Below, in pieces: positions 9,112 to 17,670 of a stretch of DNA of 64,000 nt. Positions within the stretch are counted from its first letter, which is position 1, and the number at the start of each line of letters is the position of its first letter. The translations under genes were made by a program, and so were the position numbers. Source of the stretch: a virus; IMG/VR virus record IMGVR_UViG_3300043811_000032, positions 1 through 64,000 of that record; one strand, given 5' to 3'. The notes under the pieces were generated by a model. That model searched no databases. It had not been told where the DNA came from and saw nothing but the letters and a program-made list of their open reading frames with translations.

Positions 9112-10012
9112 CGACTTCCTCGCACACCACGGAGCCGTCGTACTGCTGCGTAAACGTCTTGGTCACCTTGCGCGCCGGTGGTGGTGCCGGCTGCTCGGAC
9201 AGCTTCTCCACGAGGGATTTCTGGATCGCCTGCTGCCGCTCCTCGTTCTTCTCCATCCGCTCCAGGGCCTTGCGGACCTGTCTGATCGCTTCGGTAGACT
9301 GCTCTGCTTGCACCCGCATATGCTCGGCCATCTCCGCCATCGCCTTGGCCACCGCGGCGTTGTCGTTGATGATCGGGTTCGGTAGTGGTTGCGGTCTCTC
9401 CAGCGACTTCTCGATCAGCCGTCCCTGCTCGCTGATGCTCTCTAGTACCGAGGTCAAGTCGACCGGTCCCGGCATCGCCTTGAAGATCGGGGCGAACGAC
9501 TCCGTCAGGGACTTGGCGATGCCCGTTGCCATCGTAGCGGTGTCTACGTAGACCACCGGCTTGACCACCACCGGCTCCACATTCTGTGCCAACCCCTCGC
9601 TGATCGACTTGGCCACCGGTGCCATGTCGATGTTGAGCTTGACGTTCTTGAGTGCCTTCTTGATCGCCAGCCCGGTCGCCCACGACATCGCCTTGCCGAT
9701 CTGGTCAGCGAGGTGGTCCGTGTCCATGTTCATCTGGACCGGCGGGTTCTTCTCCAGCCGCTCGACCGCCTTCTCTAGCAGTTGCACCTTGACCGTCAGT
9801 TGCCGGTTCTCGTCGGTCAGTCGGCGGTTGTCAGTGACCAGCTCATTGACTTTGGGAGGCAGGTCGAGCACCCCGGACTGCTCCAAGATATCCGCCGTGC
9901 CGTCTACCATTGCCTCGATGGCGGAACGGTCCACGGCGGGCAGCATCGAGTCACCGGAGGCTGCCGGGTCATAGTCGTCCCTGCTCAGCCACCTATCAGA
10001 AGTAGGTGTCAT
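9098..10012 (-). CDS. hypothetical coiled-coil protein
   Basis: 304-aa ORF coupled to portal stop. Confidence 0.6.
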   Translation of the reverse strand: MTPTSDRWLSRDDYDPAASGDSMLPAVDRSAIEAMVDGTADILEQSGVLDLPPKVNELVTDNRRLTDENRQLTVKVQLLEKAVERLEKNPPVQMNMDTDHLADQIGKAMSWATGLAIKKALKNVKLNIDMAPVAKSISEGLAQNVEPVVVKPVVYVDTATMATGIAKSLTESFAPIFKAMPGPVDLTSVLESISEQGRLIEKSLERPQPLPNPIINDNAAVAKAMAEMAEHMRVQAEQSTEAIRQVRKALERMEKNEERQQAIQKSLVEKLSEQPAPPPARKVTKTFTQQYDGSVVCEEVDATE

Positions 10013-11994
10013 CAGTGTACCCTTCCGTTGCCGTTGGTAGATGGCCGCAGCAAGCCCTTGAACCGCTTGCTGAGCAGCTCTCGGACGTCCTGCTGTACCC
10101 GGCGCCTGTCCTCGATGCTCACACCAGTCGGTGGCAGCACGTCAGCTCCGTCGAGGGCCGAGTGCCCCGAGTGAGCAGTACTGTTTGGCACGTAACGCTG
10201 ACCAAAGTTGCGGGTCTCCAGTTGCTCGACCGGCACCGTGTAGCCCCCGGCCGCGCCGCTGCCCTCGCCCATCGCCTTGGGAGCGGATGGGGTTGGACTT
10301 GCAGTGCCGGTGCCGACCGACCCGCCGATGGCCTTATTCTCCTCGTCCTCGGCGAACTTCTTGAGCAGCCCGCACGCCTGCGATTCGTTGAAGTGGGTAC
10401 CGTCCTTGTGCAGTACGTAGCCCTCCGGCGTCCGCTCGATGAACCAGCGCCCGCTCTGGCCGTGGGCCTCTTGGTGACCATCGCGGGTCTTGAACCAGCG
10501 GAGCAGTGGACCGGCGTCCTGGTCCTCGTCCTTGTCCACGATCAGCGGGTCATCGTCCTCGGGGTTCGGGTTGAGCGCGATCTGACCGCCCGAGGCCCGC
10601 TGCATGGCCTGGTCCAGCTCGGCGTCGTCCTGCTGCTTCTCGCCGGTGACCCACGGCAGGATCTGGCCGTTGACGATGGGGTCATCACCGCCGAATGGAT
10701 AGGGCTCCTGGTTCTGCATCGTCCTTGCTTCGTTCGGGCTGCGCAGGCCGTTGGCCATCGCCAGCGCAATGTCAGCACGAGTATTCTCCTCGCTGTACAG
10801 CACCCGGTCGTCCCAGAAGCAGATGCCGGTCTCGCAGTTGGGCGTACGTCGAATCAACCCATGCGTGATGCGCTGGCTCAGGAAGCCGAGGAACGGGTTG
10901 ATATGGTAGCGGCAGAACGAGCGGAGCGGTGCGTAGTCCGAGACGTTGCCGCCTTGGTCGAGCCCCAGCAACTCAGGCGGCACCCCGAACGCGGCGAGGA
11001 TGTTCTCACGGAGCTGCTTCTCGTTCTCCACGTACTGCATGTCGACAGGGCTGAGACCGAGCGGCTTGACCTCCACGCCGGGACCGGTGATCAGCGGCTT
11101 GCCGGTGTTGTCCTCGCCCTGGAACCGACCGAACCACTTGCTGTAGTAGCGATTGAGCATCGACTCGTCGGGGTCGACGTAGTCCTCGCTCAGCGCCACG
11201 TGGAACGTCGGGATGGCTCCGTTCTTGTACTGGGCCAACCGGGCGCGAACGTGGGCGTTGTAGGTATCGATCCACTCGTTGATCATCAACGGCACACCCC
11301 AACCCTCGTAGCGGTTGAGGGGGCTGTGATCGTAGAACGACAGCACGTCATCGTAGGGGGCATACTGCAACGTGCCCCACGGACTCTGGATCGCGTACGC
11401 CTCGGGCATGCCATCCCGTCCGGTGACGAGCCGCATCCAGTGCGTGGGAATCACCCACACCTCGACCGGCACCCCGAAGGCGTTCCGCATCACCCACCAG
11501 TGAGCCTCACCGGTAAGCTTGAAGAACATTGTGGTGAACGCCCACAGGTCGTAGCTGCAGTCGAGCAGGTTCGGCAGGTTGAACAACCGCACGATGGGGT
11601 GGTCGTCGTCCCACGCCTCGAACTCCTCGTGCTCGCGTGGTCCGCCCAGCGCCTTCTTGCGCAGGCCGCGATACTGCTGCTGCTGGTTGCGGTGCCTGTG
11701 CAGCTCGGCGTAGGACTTGCGGTTGTCCATGCCGAGCGACTTGCACTTGCGGAGAACCTTCTGCTCACCCTCGTCCTTAGGAGTCAGGTTGCCAAGCTTC
11801 GGTCCCTCGCCGCCGGCCACCTCGGCCATCCAGGCCTTGATCGCCACGCCGACCCAGAAGTACATGCTGATGGCTTCTTGCCACTTGTACGCCTGGCCGA
11901 AGTAGGTCGCTCCACCGTATGGCGCATTGAAGACGCGGGGCACGAGCTGGCGACTGCTCGTAATGCGGGCTCGGGCTTTCTGTAGTATCTTCAC
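10012..11994 (-). CDS. HK97-family portal protein with C-terminal extension
   Basis: HPIVRLFNLPN, LTGEAHW, PVEVWVIP, YKNGAIP, DMQY, ILAAFGVPPELLG, GLRSPNEAR, GGDD. Confidence 0.92.
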   Translation of the reverse strand: MKILQKARARITSSRQLVPRVFNAPYGGATYFGQAYKWQEAISMYFWVGVAIKAWMAEVAGGEGPKLGNLTPKDEGEQKVLRKCKSLGMDNRKSYAELHRHRNQQQQYRGLRKKALGGPREHEEFEAWDDDHPIVRLFNLPNLLDCSYDLWAFTTMFFKLTGEAHWWVMRNAFGVPVEVWVIPTHWMRLVTGRDGMPEAYAIQSPWGTLQYAPYDDVLSFYDHSPLNRYEGWGVPLMINEWIDTYNAHVRARLAQYKNGAIPTFHVALSEDYVDPDESMLNRYYSKWFGRFQGEDNTGKPLITGPGVEVKPLGLSPVDMQYVENEKQLRENILAAFGVPPELLGLDQGGNVSDYAPLRSFCRYHINPFLGFLSQRITHGLIRRTPNCETGICFWDDRVLYSEENTRADIALAMANGLRSPNEARTMQNQEPYPFGGDDPIVNGQILPWVTGEKQQDDAELDQAMQRASGGQIALNPNPEDDDPLIVDKDEDQDAGPLLRWFKTRDGHQEAHGQSGRWFIERTPEGYVLHKDGTHFNESQACGLLKKFAEDEENKAIGGSVGTGTASPTPSAPKAMGEGSGAAGGYTVPVEQLETRNFGQRYVPNSTAHSGHSALDGADVLPPTGVSIEDRRRVQQDVRELLSKRFKGLLRPSTNGNGRVH

Positions 11995-12314
11995 TTGCCC
12001 AGCACCTCCCACCCCAAGAACCTGTCCCCGTCCCACCGCGGCTCTACCGTAGGCAACTGATGCATCGTCAACGTAGCAGGTAGGTCGCGGTGCTCGATCA
12101 TGAACTCCAGCGCGTCGCCCTTAGGGTACGGTACCACGATCACCACGCGGGCGTCCTCGGGTATACCGAGCCCACGCTGGTCGAAGTCCTCGGTGACCTC
12201 GCAGCACTGCTGCTTGTAACCGTTCTGCCCGACGGTGCGCTGAAACATCCGCACCTTCTGGCACTGCGGGTGGTCGATAGGTGCCAGCATCAGTCCCATG
12301 CGGACGGTTGTCAC
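11991..12314 (-). CDS. hypothetical protein
   Basis: ORF coupled to portal start, GAGG RBS. Confidence 0.55.
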   Translation of the reverse strand: MTTVRMGLMLAPIDHPQCQKVRMFQRTVGQNGYKQQCCEVTEDFDQRGLGIPEDARVVIVVPYPKGDALEFMIEHRDLPATLTMHQLPTVEPRWDGDRFLGWEVLGK

Positions 12315-12327
12315 ATTACCTCGATGC

Positions 12328-12386
12328 AAAAAGAAAGGGACCGCAAGCAGCCACGGGAGTGTGTCCCATGTCCGCCCGCGGTCCCT
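12328..12386 (-). terminator. intrinsic terminator-like hairpin upstream of head genes
   Basis: Minus strand AGGGACCGC-GGGCGG-A-CATGGGA-CACAC-TCCCGTG-G-CTGCTT-GCGGTCCCT then TTCTTTTT. Confidence 0.75.
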
Positions 12387-12478
12387 GACTGGACCTACGA
12401 GTCGTCAGCCTCTTCCCGATGATCAGTCGAGTTCAGGCCCTAATCAGATTGTCGAGCGGATCTCGCCGCCCCGGTCCC

Positions 12479-12925
12479 CTATCCCCTCCTAAATGGTTTC
12501 ACCTTACCGTTGCCGTTCGGTTCCTCGGTCGCCTCCAGCATCTTCTCCGAGCGTTCGTCCAGTGGCATCTGGTAGCCGAACTGCCGCAACTGCATCTCCA
12601 GCGCCTTTGTGCTCATCACGTTCTGGAACGTCCGCTTCTCTGATGTCGTGATCATCTCGGCCACCAGCTGGTTCAGGAACCGCCACTTCTCGGTCAGCAG
12701 CTCCACGGTCTCGTTGGCGACCTCCAGCTTGCGGTTGGCCCGGCCGAGCTTGCGATAGAGCTTGTCGACCAGCCGCTGGTGCCGCTTGTGCCTCTTCGCG
12801 GCCAGCTCGGCTACCTCGACTGCCTCCTTGGTCGTCCGATGGCACTCAGTGTTAGTCTCACGCTCCTTGGCGAGTAGCCGCTCCAGACGCTTACACCGCT
12901 CGCGGAGGCGCTTCTTCTTGGTCAC
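12479..12925 (-). CDS. hypothetical basic coiled-coil protein
   Basis: Coupled ORF. Confidence 0.6.
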   Translation of the reverse strand: MTKKKRLRERCKRLERLLAKERETNTECHRTTKEAVEVAELAAKRHKRHQRLVDKLYRKLGRANRKLEVANETVELLTEKWRFLNQLVAEMITTSEKRTFQNVMSTKALEMQLRQFGYQMPLDERSEKMLEATEEPNGNGKVKPFRRG

Positions 12926-13158
12926 TCGATCACCCCGTACCGTTCCTTACAAGCCCTACACCATCCCAAATAATCCCGCCGCTCAGGAGAGTGGGGCAGC
13001 ACAGCCATCTTCGGGTAGACGATCCAGCTCTCGGCCTGCGCCGACTTGAGACTGATGATCGTGCGGCAACCGGGACCGACGCACTCGACCCTAGCCGGCT
13101 TTGGTTTGACTACGAGTACCATCTGGCCGCTCTCCGTTGGGGAGTACGAGGTGGTCAT
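12922..13158 (-). CDS. small Cys-containing hypothetical protein
   Basis: CVGPGC and CRAC. Confidence 0.5.
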   Translation of the reverse strand: MTTSYSPTESGQMVLVVKPKPARVECVGPGCRTIISLKSAQAESWIVYPKMAVLPHSPERRDYLGWCRACKERYGVIE

Positions 13159-13426
13159 AGTGCTCTAGCGGGTAGTGGGTTTCTAAGTTCGTCAGCATCT
13201 CGGTCGGATCATCGCCGCCCGCTGTCGCGTGCCATTCGGTCGGCTTGCCTAGAGTATCGCAGCGGCTCCAGGCGATGAACATGAACGTGCTTGGGCCGAC
13301 CGGTGGTGGTTGCTCCATCTCGCAGTGGAACAACTTGCGGATGACAGCGATGGCGCTTGCCGCCCAGCACACCACGAACGTCAAGGCTATCAGGGCAGCG
13401 AGGATGCCGATCACATCGTCGCTCAT
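13091..13426 (-). CDS. hypothetical membrane protein
   Basis: N-terminal hydrophobic segment. Confidence 0.55.
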   Translation of the reverse strand: MSDDVIGILAALIALTFVVCWAASAIAVIRKLFHCEMEQPPPVGPSTFMFIAWSRCDTLGKPTEWHATAGGDDPTEMLTNLETHYPLEHYDHLVLPNGERPDGTRSQTKAG

Positions 13427-13701
13427 GAGCCACTCGTCACCGGATTCTGGCCGATGTTGCCGAGGAGCTGGAGCAGGACGGGTAGCAGCGTGGTGAGAAG
13501 CTGGCCCCAGTTGATGTTCGGCGCGGCTTTCGGGCTCAGGCGAGCAGCGGGCGCAGCTGGTCCGAGGCTGGCGACGTAGCCAACCACGATCCAGGCTGCT
13601 TTGATCGAGCTGGGGGTGTTCAGCTGGCCCGTCGTCAGCGCCGTCACCTCGGCGGCCACCGCGGCTTCAGCTTCGGTCAGTGTCGGGTAGTTAGGTGTCA
13701 T
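13423..13701 (-). CDS. small amphipathic hypothetical protein
   Basis: GGAG RBS; WGQLLTTLLPVLLQLL. Confidence 0.6.
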   Translation of the reverse strand: MTPNYPTLTEAEAAVAAEVTALTTGQLNTPSSIKAAWIVVGYVASLGPAAPAARLSPKAAPNINWGQLLTTLLPVLLQLLGNIGQNPVTSGS

Positions 13702-13712
13702 GACTGTCTCCT

Positions 13713-15095
13713 TTAATGTGGCCACACGGCCGAGATCGCGTTGAACAGATCCTGCCCGACCGCGGCGATGAACGACGGTCGGTGCACGATGCCGATGCCT
13801 GGGTTGTTCGCCTCCAACCGTTGGCACTCCTTGACCATCACCGCTCCCACCTGAGCTAGGCTAAGTCCAGTCGGCAACGGCGTCGGAGGTGGAGCGGGGG
13901 GCGAGGTGGGCACCGGTGGAGTTGGTGGTGGAGCCGGTGCCGTCCCGCCCAGTGCCACACTGGCGAACGCTTGACCCTTGATCGAGCCAAGCCCGCTCGC
14001 AGTGTCCCATCCCGTGGTCGCTGGGAATCCGTTGCCAATCGAACCCGTCACAACATCAGTGAAACACGTCGCTTCGTTGGCGTACATCAAGGCATTGGGC
14101 AGGCCGAGCGGCGGCTTGCCGGCGGCGAGCAGCAGGGCGTTGACCCCGGCGAAGTACGCCGCCATGAACGGGGCCACTGCGCTTGTGCCACCGACGACTC
14201 CGAACGGCGTGTCCCAGCCCGTGGCCGGATCGCCGTTGGCACAGCAGTCAGGCTCTCCGCGATACCCGTTGGCTACCCCTACACTACTCTGCCAATTCGG
14301 TCGGGCGATGATCTTGCTGTACCCGCCGCCGCTTGCACCGCCGCCGGAGTTCCACGGCACCTGGTTGGCGATGCTGCCGTCGCTGTTGAGTGTGATCGTC
14401 GTCGCCCCGCAGTCCACACCCCAGGCACTGCAACCTGGATAGTCCGTCACCGGGATGCTCGTGCCGTCGTCGGGACCGTTGTCTCCGCTGGCGAAGGTAC
14501 AGGTGATGCCCTTGACCGCGAGTTGCTGGAGCAAGGACTCCATCGTCTGGATGTCGCTGCTGCTGTAACTGCTCTCCGGTCCACCCCAGCTCAGGCTGCA
14601 CGTGTCACCCGGCTTGGCATTGGCAAGCACGTACTGGTACGCCTCGGGCATGCCGCTCTCGGTATTCGGGGCGAAGACCACAGTGATATTGGCCGGTCGC
14701 GTGCTGCCGAACATGTAAGCGAGCGTGCCGATGACGTTGACGATGTCCAGCTCGACCTCGACGTCTGCGCTCTGCGGGTCGCCGGTGTAACTGTTGGTGG
14801 CGCCACCCACGCCAACTGCCATCAGGTTCGGCATCGGGAAGCTATGGGACTTGCACCAGTTGGCGATCTCCGTGCTGTCGAAACCGCCGCCCAGCTCTGG
14901 AATCCATACTGTAGGCATCGGGGCTGTGGTAGGCACGGACGGGAATCCGTACGCCTTGGCCATGTTGGCACCGGTGTAGCCGTTGCTGGGCACGGTCGCC
15001 AACTTGCCAAGACTGAGTCGATGGTAGTGATGGAAAACCCCGGTCGGCTTGGCCAGCACTCGCGGCATCACTCGCTTCGGTCTCACGGTGTACAT
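13713..15095 (-). CDS. S53 (sedolisin/kumamolisin) serine protease
   Basis: EVELD (Glu/Asp), SLSWG, FASGD (oxyanion Asp), GGTSAVAP (Ser), GWD..SGLG; AGGAG RBS. Confidence 0.92.
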   Translation of the reverse strand: MYTVRPKRVMPRVLAKPTGVFHHYHRLSLGKLATVPSNGYTGANMAKAYGFPSVPTTAPMPTVWIPELGGGFDSTEIANWCKSHSFPMPNLMAVGVGGATNSYTGDPQSADVEVELDIVNVIGTLAYMFGSTRPANITVVFAPNTESGMPEAYQYVLANAKPGDTCSLSWGGPESSYSSSDIQTMESLLQQLAVKGITCTFASGDNGPDDGTSIPVTDYPGCSAWGVDCGATTITLNSDGSIANQVPWNSGGGASGGGYSKIIARPNWQSSVGVANGYRGEPDCCANGDPATGWDTPFGVVGGTSAVAPFMAAYFAGVNALLLAAGKPPLGLPNALMYANEATCFTDVVTGSIGNGFPATTGWDTASGLGSIKGQAFASVALGGTAPAPPPTPPVPTSPPAPPPTPLPTGLSLAQVGAVMVKECQRLEANNPGIGIVHRPSFIAAVGQDLFNAISAVWPH

Positions 15096-15112
15096 CGTCG
15101 TCTCCTGTAAGC

Positions 15113-15232
15113 GGGCGCTGAGCAAGGAGTCGCACCTTGCCGCCCAACCTATACCCTCAAGCCTAGTTGCGTTACGCCGTAGGCCGGGAATTAACCGTGG
15201 TCAGGGTAAAGGGAGCGTCAACTCGAACGCCC
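15113..15232 (-). ncRNA. candidate tRNA-like structured RNA
   Basis: Ends GGGCGTT/AGCGCCC pair; T-arm-like GCAAGG-TGCGACT-CCTTGC; inner CCTTTACCCT/AGGGTATAGG stem; fully intergenic. Confidence 0.4.
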
Positions 15233-15233
15233 G

Positions 15234-15440
15234 TCAAAATGTCCCCACCCGTTGCCCGTTCCGCCACAGCTCCGTCCACTGCTTGCCGTTCGCTTCGATC
15301 ACTATCAACTTGTCACCAGCCTGGAACTGCTGCTCGGCAGCGGCGGCTAATACGCCCTGTCCCGCCCGATATGCCGCCACGCTGTCGTACTCGGCCACCT
15401 TGCGGGGTGGGCTGGCGCCAGACAGTGGTTGACTGCTCAT
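15234..15440 (-). CDS. hypothetical protein
   Basis: ORF MSSQPLS...VGTF. Confidence 0.45.
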   Translation of the reverse strand: MSSQPLSGASPPRKVAEYDSVAAYRAGQGVLAAAAEQQFQAGDKLIVIEANGKQWTELWRNGQRVGTF

Positions 15441-15538
15441 GTTAAGACCCCGGCGGCGAAGAGACGCCCTATTCCCGACACCGCCGGGGGCTCTCCCTCT
15501 GATCGGCATGCGCCGACCCTACACGCAACGAGCGTGGA

Positions 15539-16183
15539 TCAACGACGTCCTCGACGGACGTTGACGTTCACGGCGTTAGCTCCCGCGGTACTAACGGCCT
15601 GCACGTTCACGTTGCTGCGACGCAGACCGAACAGTCCACGACGCTCGTTCACGTTCACGCTGACCGCATTGCCGCCGAGCCCTCCTACCAATCCGCTCCT
15701 GAACCCGAGTCCGTTAAACCCAAGCCCATTGAACCGGTTGAACCCGAATCGATTGTAGTTCACGCCGAGGATGCCTCGGTCGAAGAACAGCGGTGCCCCG
15801 TAGCCGGCTCCCGTCGCGTAGGACGTCGCCCCGTAGAAGAGCGGCGAGCTGTAGGTCACCTGCGGCGCGAGGTATGCCGCCTGCACCTGCACCGGCTGCT
15901 GCACCAGGTACTCGGTGGAGAACTCGGCCGGCGCACCGACGCTGGCAGCGATCTGCGGCTGGGTCACGGTCCAGGTCGACTGCACCACCCCGGTCGGAAT
16001 GGCGCTGGCGTAGCTGTAGGTCACGGGAACGGAGTAGGCACCGAACGACGGAGCCAGCACGCCACCACCGTAGAACGCGCGGTTGAAGAAGTTCCGGTGG
16101 AAGGCGTTGAATCCAAAGTGCGATGCCTGCGACGGGCTTGCCATCGCGAGCAATGCGACGACTGCGAGAATGATGCGGTACAT
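15539..16183 (-). CDS. secreted Gly/Tyr-rich protein
   Basis: Signal peptide MYRIILAVVALLAMASPSQA; GAGGAG RBS. Confidence 0.75.
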   Translation of the reverse strand: MYRIILAVVALLAMASPSQASHFGFNAFHRNFFNRAFYGGGVLAPSFGAYSVPVTYSYASAIPTGVVQSTWTVTQPQIAASVGAPAEFSTEYLVQQPVQVQAAYLAPQVTYSSPLFYGATSYATGAGYGAPLFFDRGILGVNYNRFGFNRFNGLGFNGLGFRSGLVGGLGGNAVSVNVNERRGLFGLRRSNVNVQAVSTAGANAVNVNVRRGRR

Positions 16184-16265
16184 GTCAAGTCTCCTCTGTT
16201 TGGAATAGAGCGGTCGCCTAATCCGAGGTTGCCGCTAAACGTGTCGGAACACGCTACGTAGTCGT

Positions 16266-16556
16266 TCAGGGCTTATTGGCCAACGGCGGAGTCGCAGCCG
16301 GGTCAACCGGCGTGGCGATGGTGGTCTCGATGCTGGTCAGTGCCGCCTCCAGCGCTGTCGTATCGATGGGTGCTGGGTTGGCAATGATCTGCCGCAGCTG
16401 GGCGATGTCCGCCGCGATGGCGGTCAGCTTGTTGGTCAACGTGGTGTTGTCCGCCGTCAAGCGGGCGACGTCCTGTGCTAGTGTGGCCATGTTAGTCTCC
16501 AATGTGGTCAGACGATCTAGTATGTCGTCCAGACCGGGTAAATGGTGGGGACTCAT
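16266..16556 (-). CDS. small coiled-coil protein
   Basis: ATGA-coupled; heptad pattern. Confidence 0.6.
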   Translation of the reverse strand: MSPHHLPGLDDILDRLTTLETNMATLAQDVARLTADNTTLTNKLTAIAADIAQLRQIIANPAPIDTTALEAALTSIETTIATPVDPAATPPLANKP

Positions 16557-16978
16557 TTCGCTACCGGTGGTTGAGGCTTGCGCAGTTCCTTGAGCAGTTC
16601 TTTGAGGTCGGCGATGTCCTGAGCGGACAGTCCATTCTTCGGTGCGACGGTCTGGGCGGGTGGTGCCGGTTGCAGAGTCGTCATCTGCGGGAGTCCTGCT
16701 GGTAACGTGAGCACCTGCGTGGTCAGCGGGGCGGTCGGCAGGATGATGCCGTAGTCGTATCCGTAGCCCTGCCGGTAGTAGCCGTTCCAGTAGCCGGCGG
16801 CGAACCAACGACCTCCGTAGATGCCAGCGGCGTAGTAGGTAAATTGCGGCGCATAGTATCCACCACTGTAGTAAGGTTGGGCATATCCATAGCTGTAGTT
16901 TGCAAAGTAGCCATACCCACCTGCCAAAGAGACCGCAGGGGATATTGCCAGCACCAGCATCGCAACTAGCTTGAACAC
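16553..16978 (-). CDS. secreted Tyr/Gly-rich protein
   Basis: Signal peptide; YxxGY-rich; GGAGG RBS. Confidence 0.7.
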   Translation of the reverse strand: MFKLVAMLVLAISPAVSLAGGYGYFANYSYGYAQPYYSGGYYAPQFTYYAAGIYGGRWFAAGYWNGYYRQGYGYDYGIILPTAPLTTQVLTLPAGLPQMTTLQPAPPAQTVAPKNGLSAQDIADLKELLKELRKPQPPVAK

Positions 16979-17583
16979 AGAGACCTCCTCTTTCTTCGCT
17001 TAACCAGAGAAGCCATCAACTGCAACTCCTCCGGCGAGAACAAGTGCCGCCAAAGAATCCCCCGCTTGATCCCAGAGATGGGGCACGTCGATACAGAAAA
17101 GTGTCTGGCTATATCCTCTAGATTTCTACCAGCGACGATCATCACAAATGCTTCTCTGACTTGTTCCTCGGTCAGTTTAGCACTGGCGTTTTCTACTCCT
17201 ACCTTGATTGGAGGGTCTTTAGGAGTCCCATGACGCAGGGCGTCTTCCCTGTTTTGTAACTGAGTACCCCAAGCCAGATTGTCTTTCGTATTGTCTAACT
17301 TGTCGCCATTTAGATGCCTGCACTCTTGCCCATCTGGGCACGGTCCGTGAAAAGCCAACGCTACTAACCTGTGGACGGTGATCGAACGCCTTCTGCCGTC
17401 TGCTGTAGTAAGTCCGACGTGTAGATACTGCTTTCCTTTAGTTCCTTGCAGACCCGGCTTAAGTCGTTTCCACCAGTCTCTAAATCCGTGCCTAGCGTTC
17501 TTACAGGTCCATACTGACCCGTCCGCACCAACCCTGTAACCCGGAAATCCTAATGACTCCAAGTGTCTGTAGACTACTGGCAT
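16966..17583 (-). CDS. HNH homing endonuclease (NUMOD4-like N-terminus)
   Basis: FPGYRV..G.VW, TVHRLVALAFHGPCP..ECRHLNGDKLDN..NLAWGT..N, AKLTEEQV; visibly more AT-rich. Confidence 0.9.
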   Translation of the reverse strand: MPVVYRHLESLGFPGYRVGADGSVWTCKNARHGFRDWWKRLKPGLQGTKGKQYLHVGLTTADGRRRSITVHRLVALAFHGPCPDGQECRHLNGDKLDNTKDNLAWGTQLQNREDALRHGTPKDPPIKVGVENASAKLTEEQVREAFVMIVAGRNLEDIARHFSVSTCPISGIKRGILWRHLFSPEELQLMASLVKRRKRRSLCSS

Positions 17584-17591
17584 CGTCTTCT

Positions 17592-17670
17592 CCTGGAAAG
17601 TTGCCGTGGATGCCGTACCGCTTTCCAGGGACAGCACAGCACCACACGGCGTAGAAGGTTATTATACTAT
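17592..17670 (-). promoter_or_regulatory. TATAAT -10 element and RBS-sequestering hairpin for HNH gene
   Basis: ATAGTATAAT at 17670-17661; 9-bp inverted repeat CCTGGAAAG/CTTTCCAGG overlapping AGGAG. Confidence 0.6.

Noticed and set aside
10006-11985. Long plus-strand ORFs (also 6894-7934, 13971-15110, 33733-34815, 39146-40078)
   Set aside because: Antisense shadows of well-supported minus-strand genes in GC-rich DNA; no recognisable motifs
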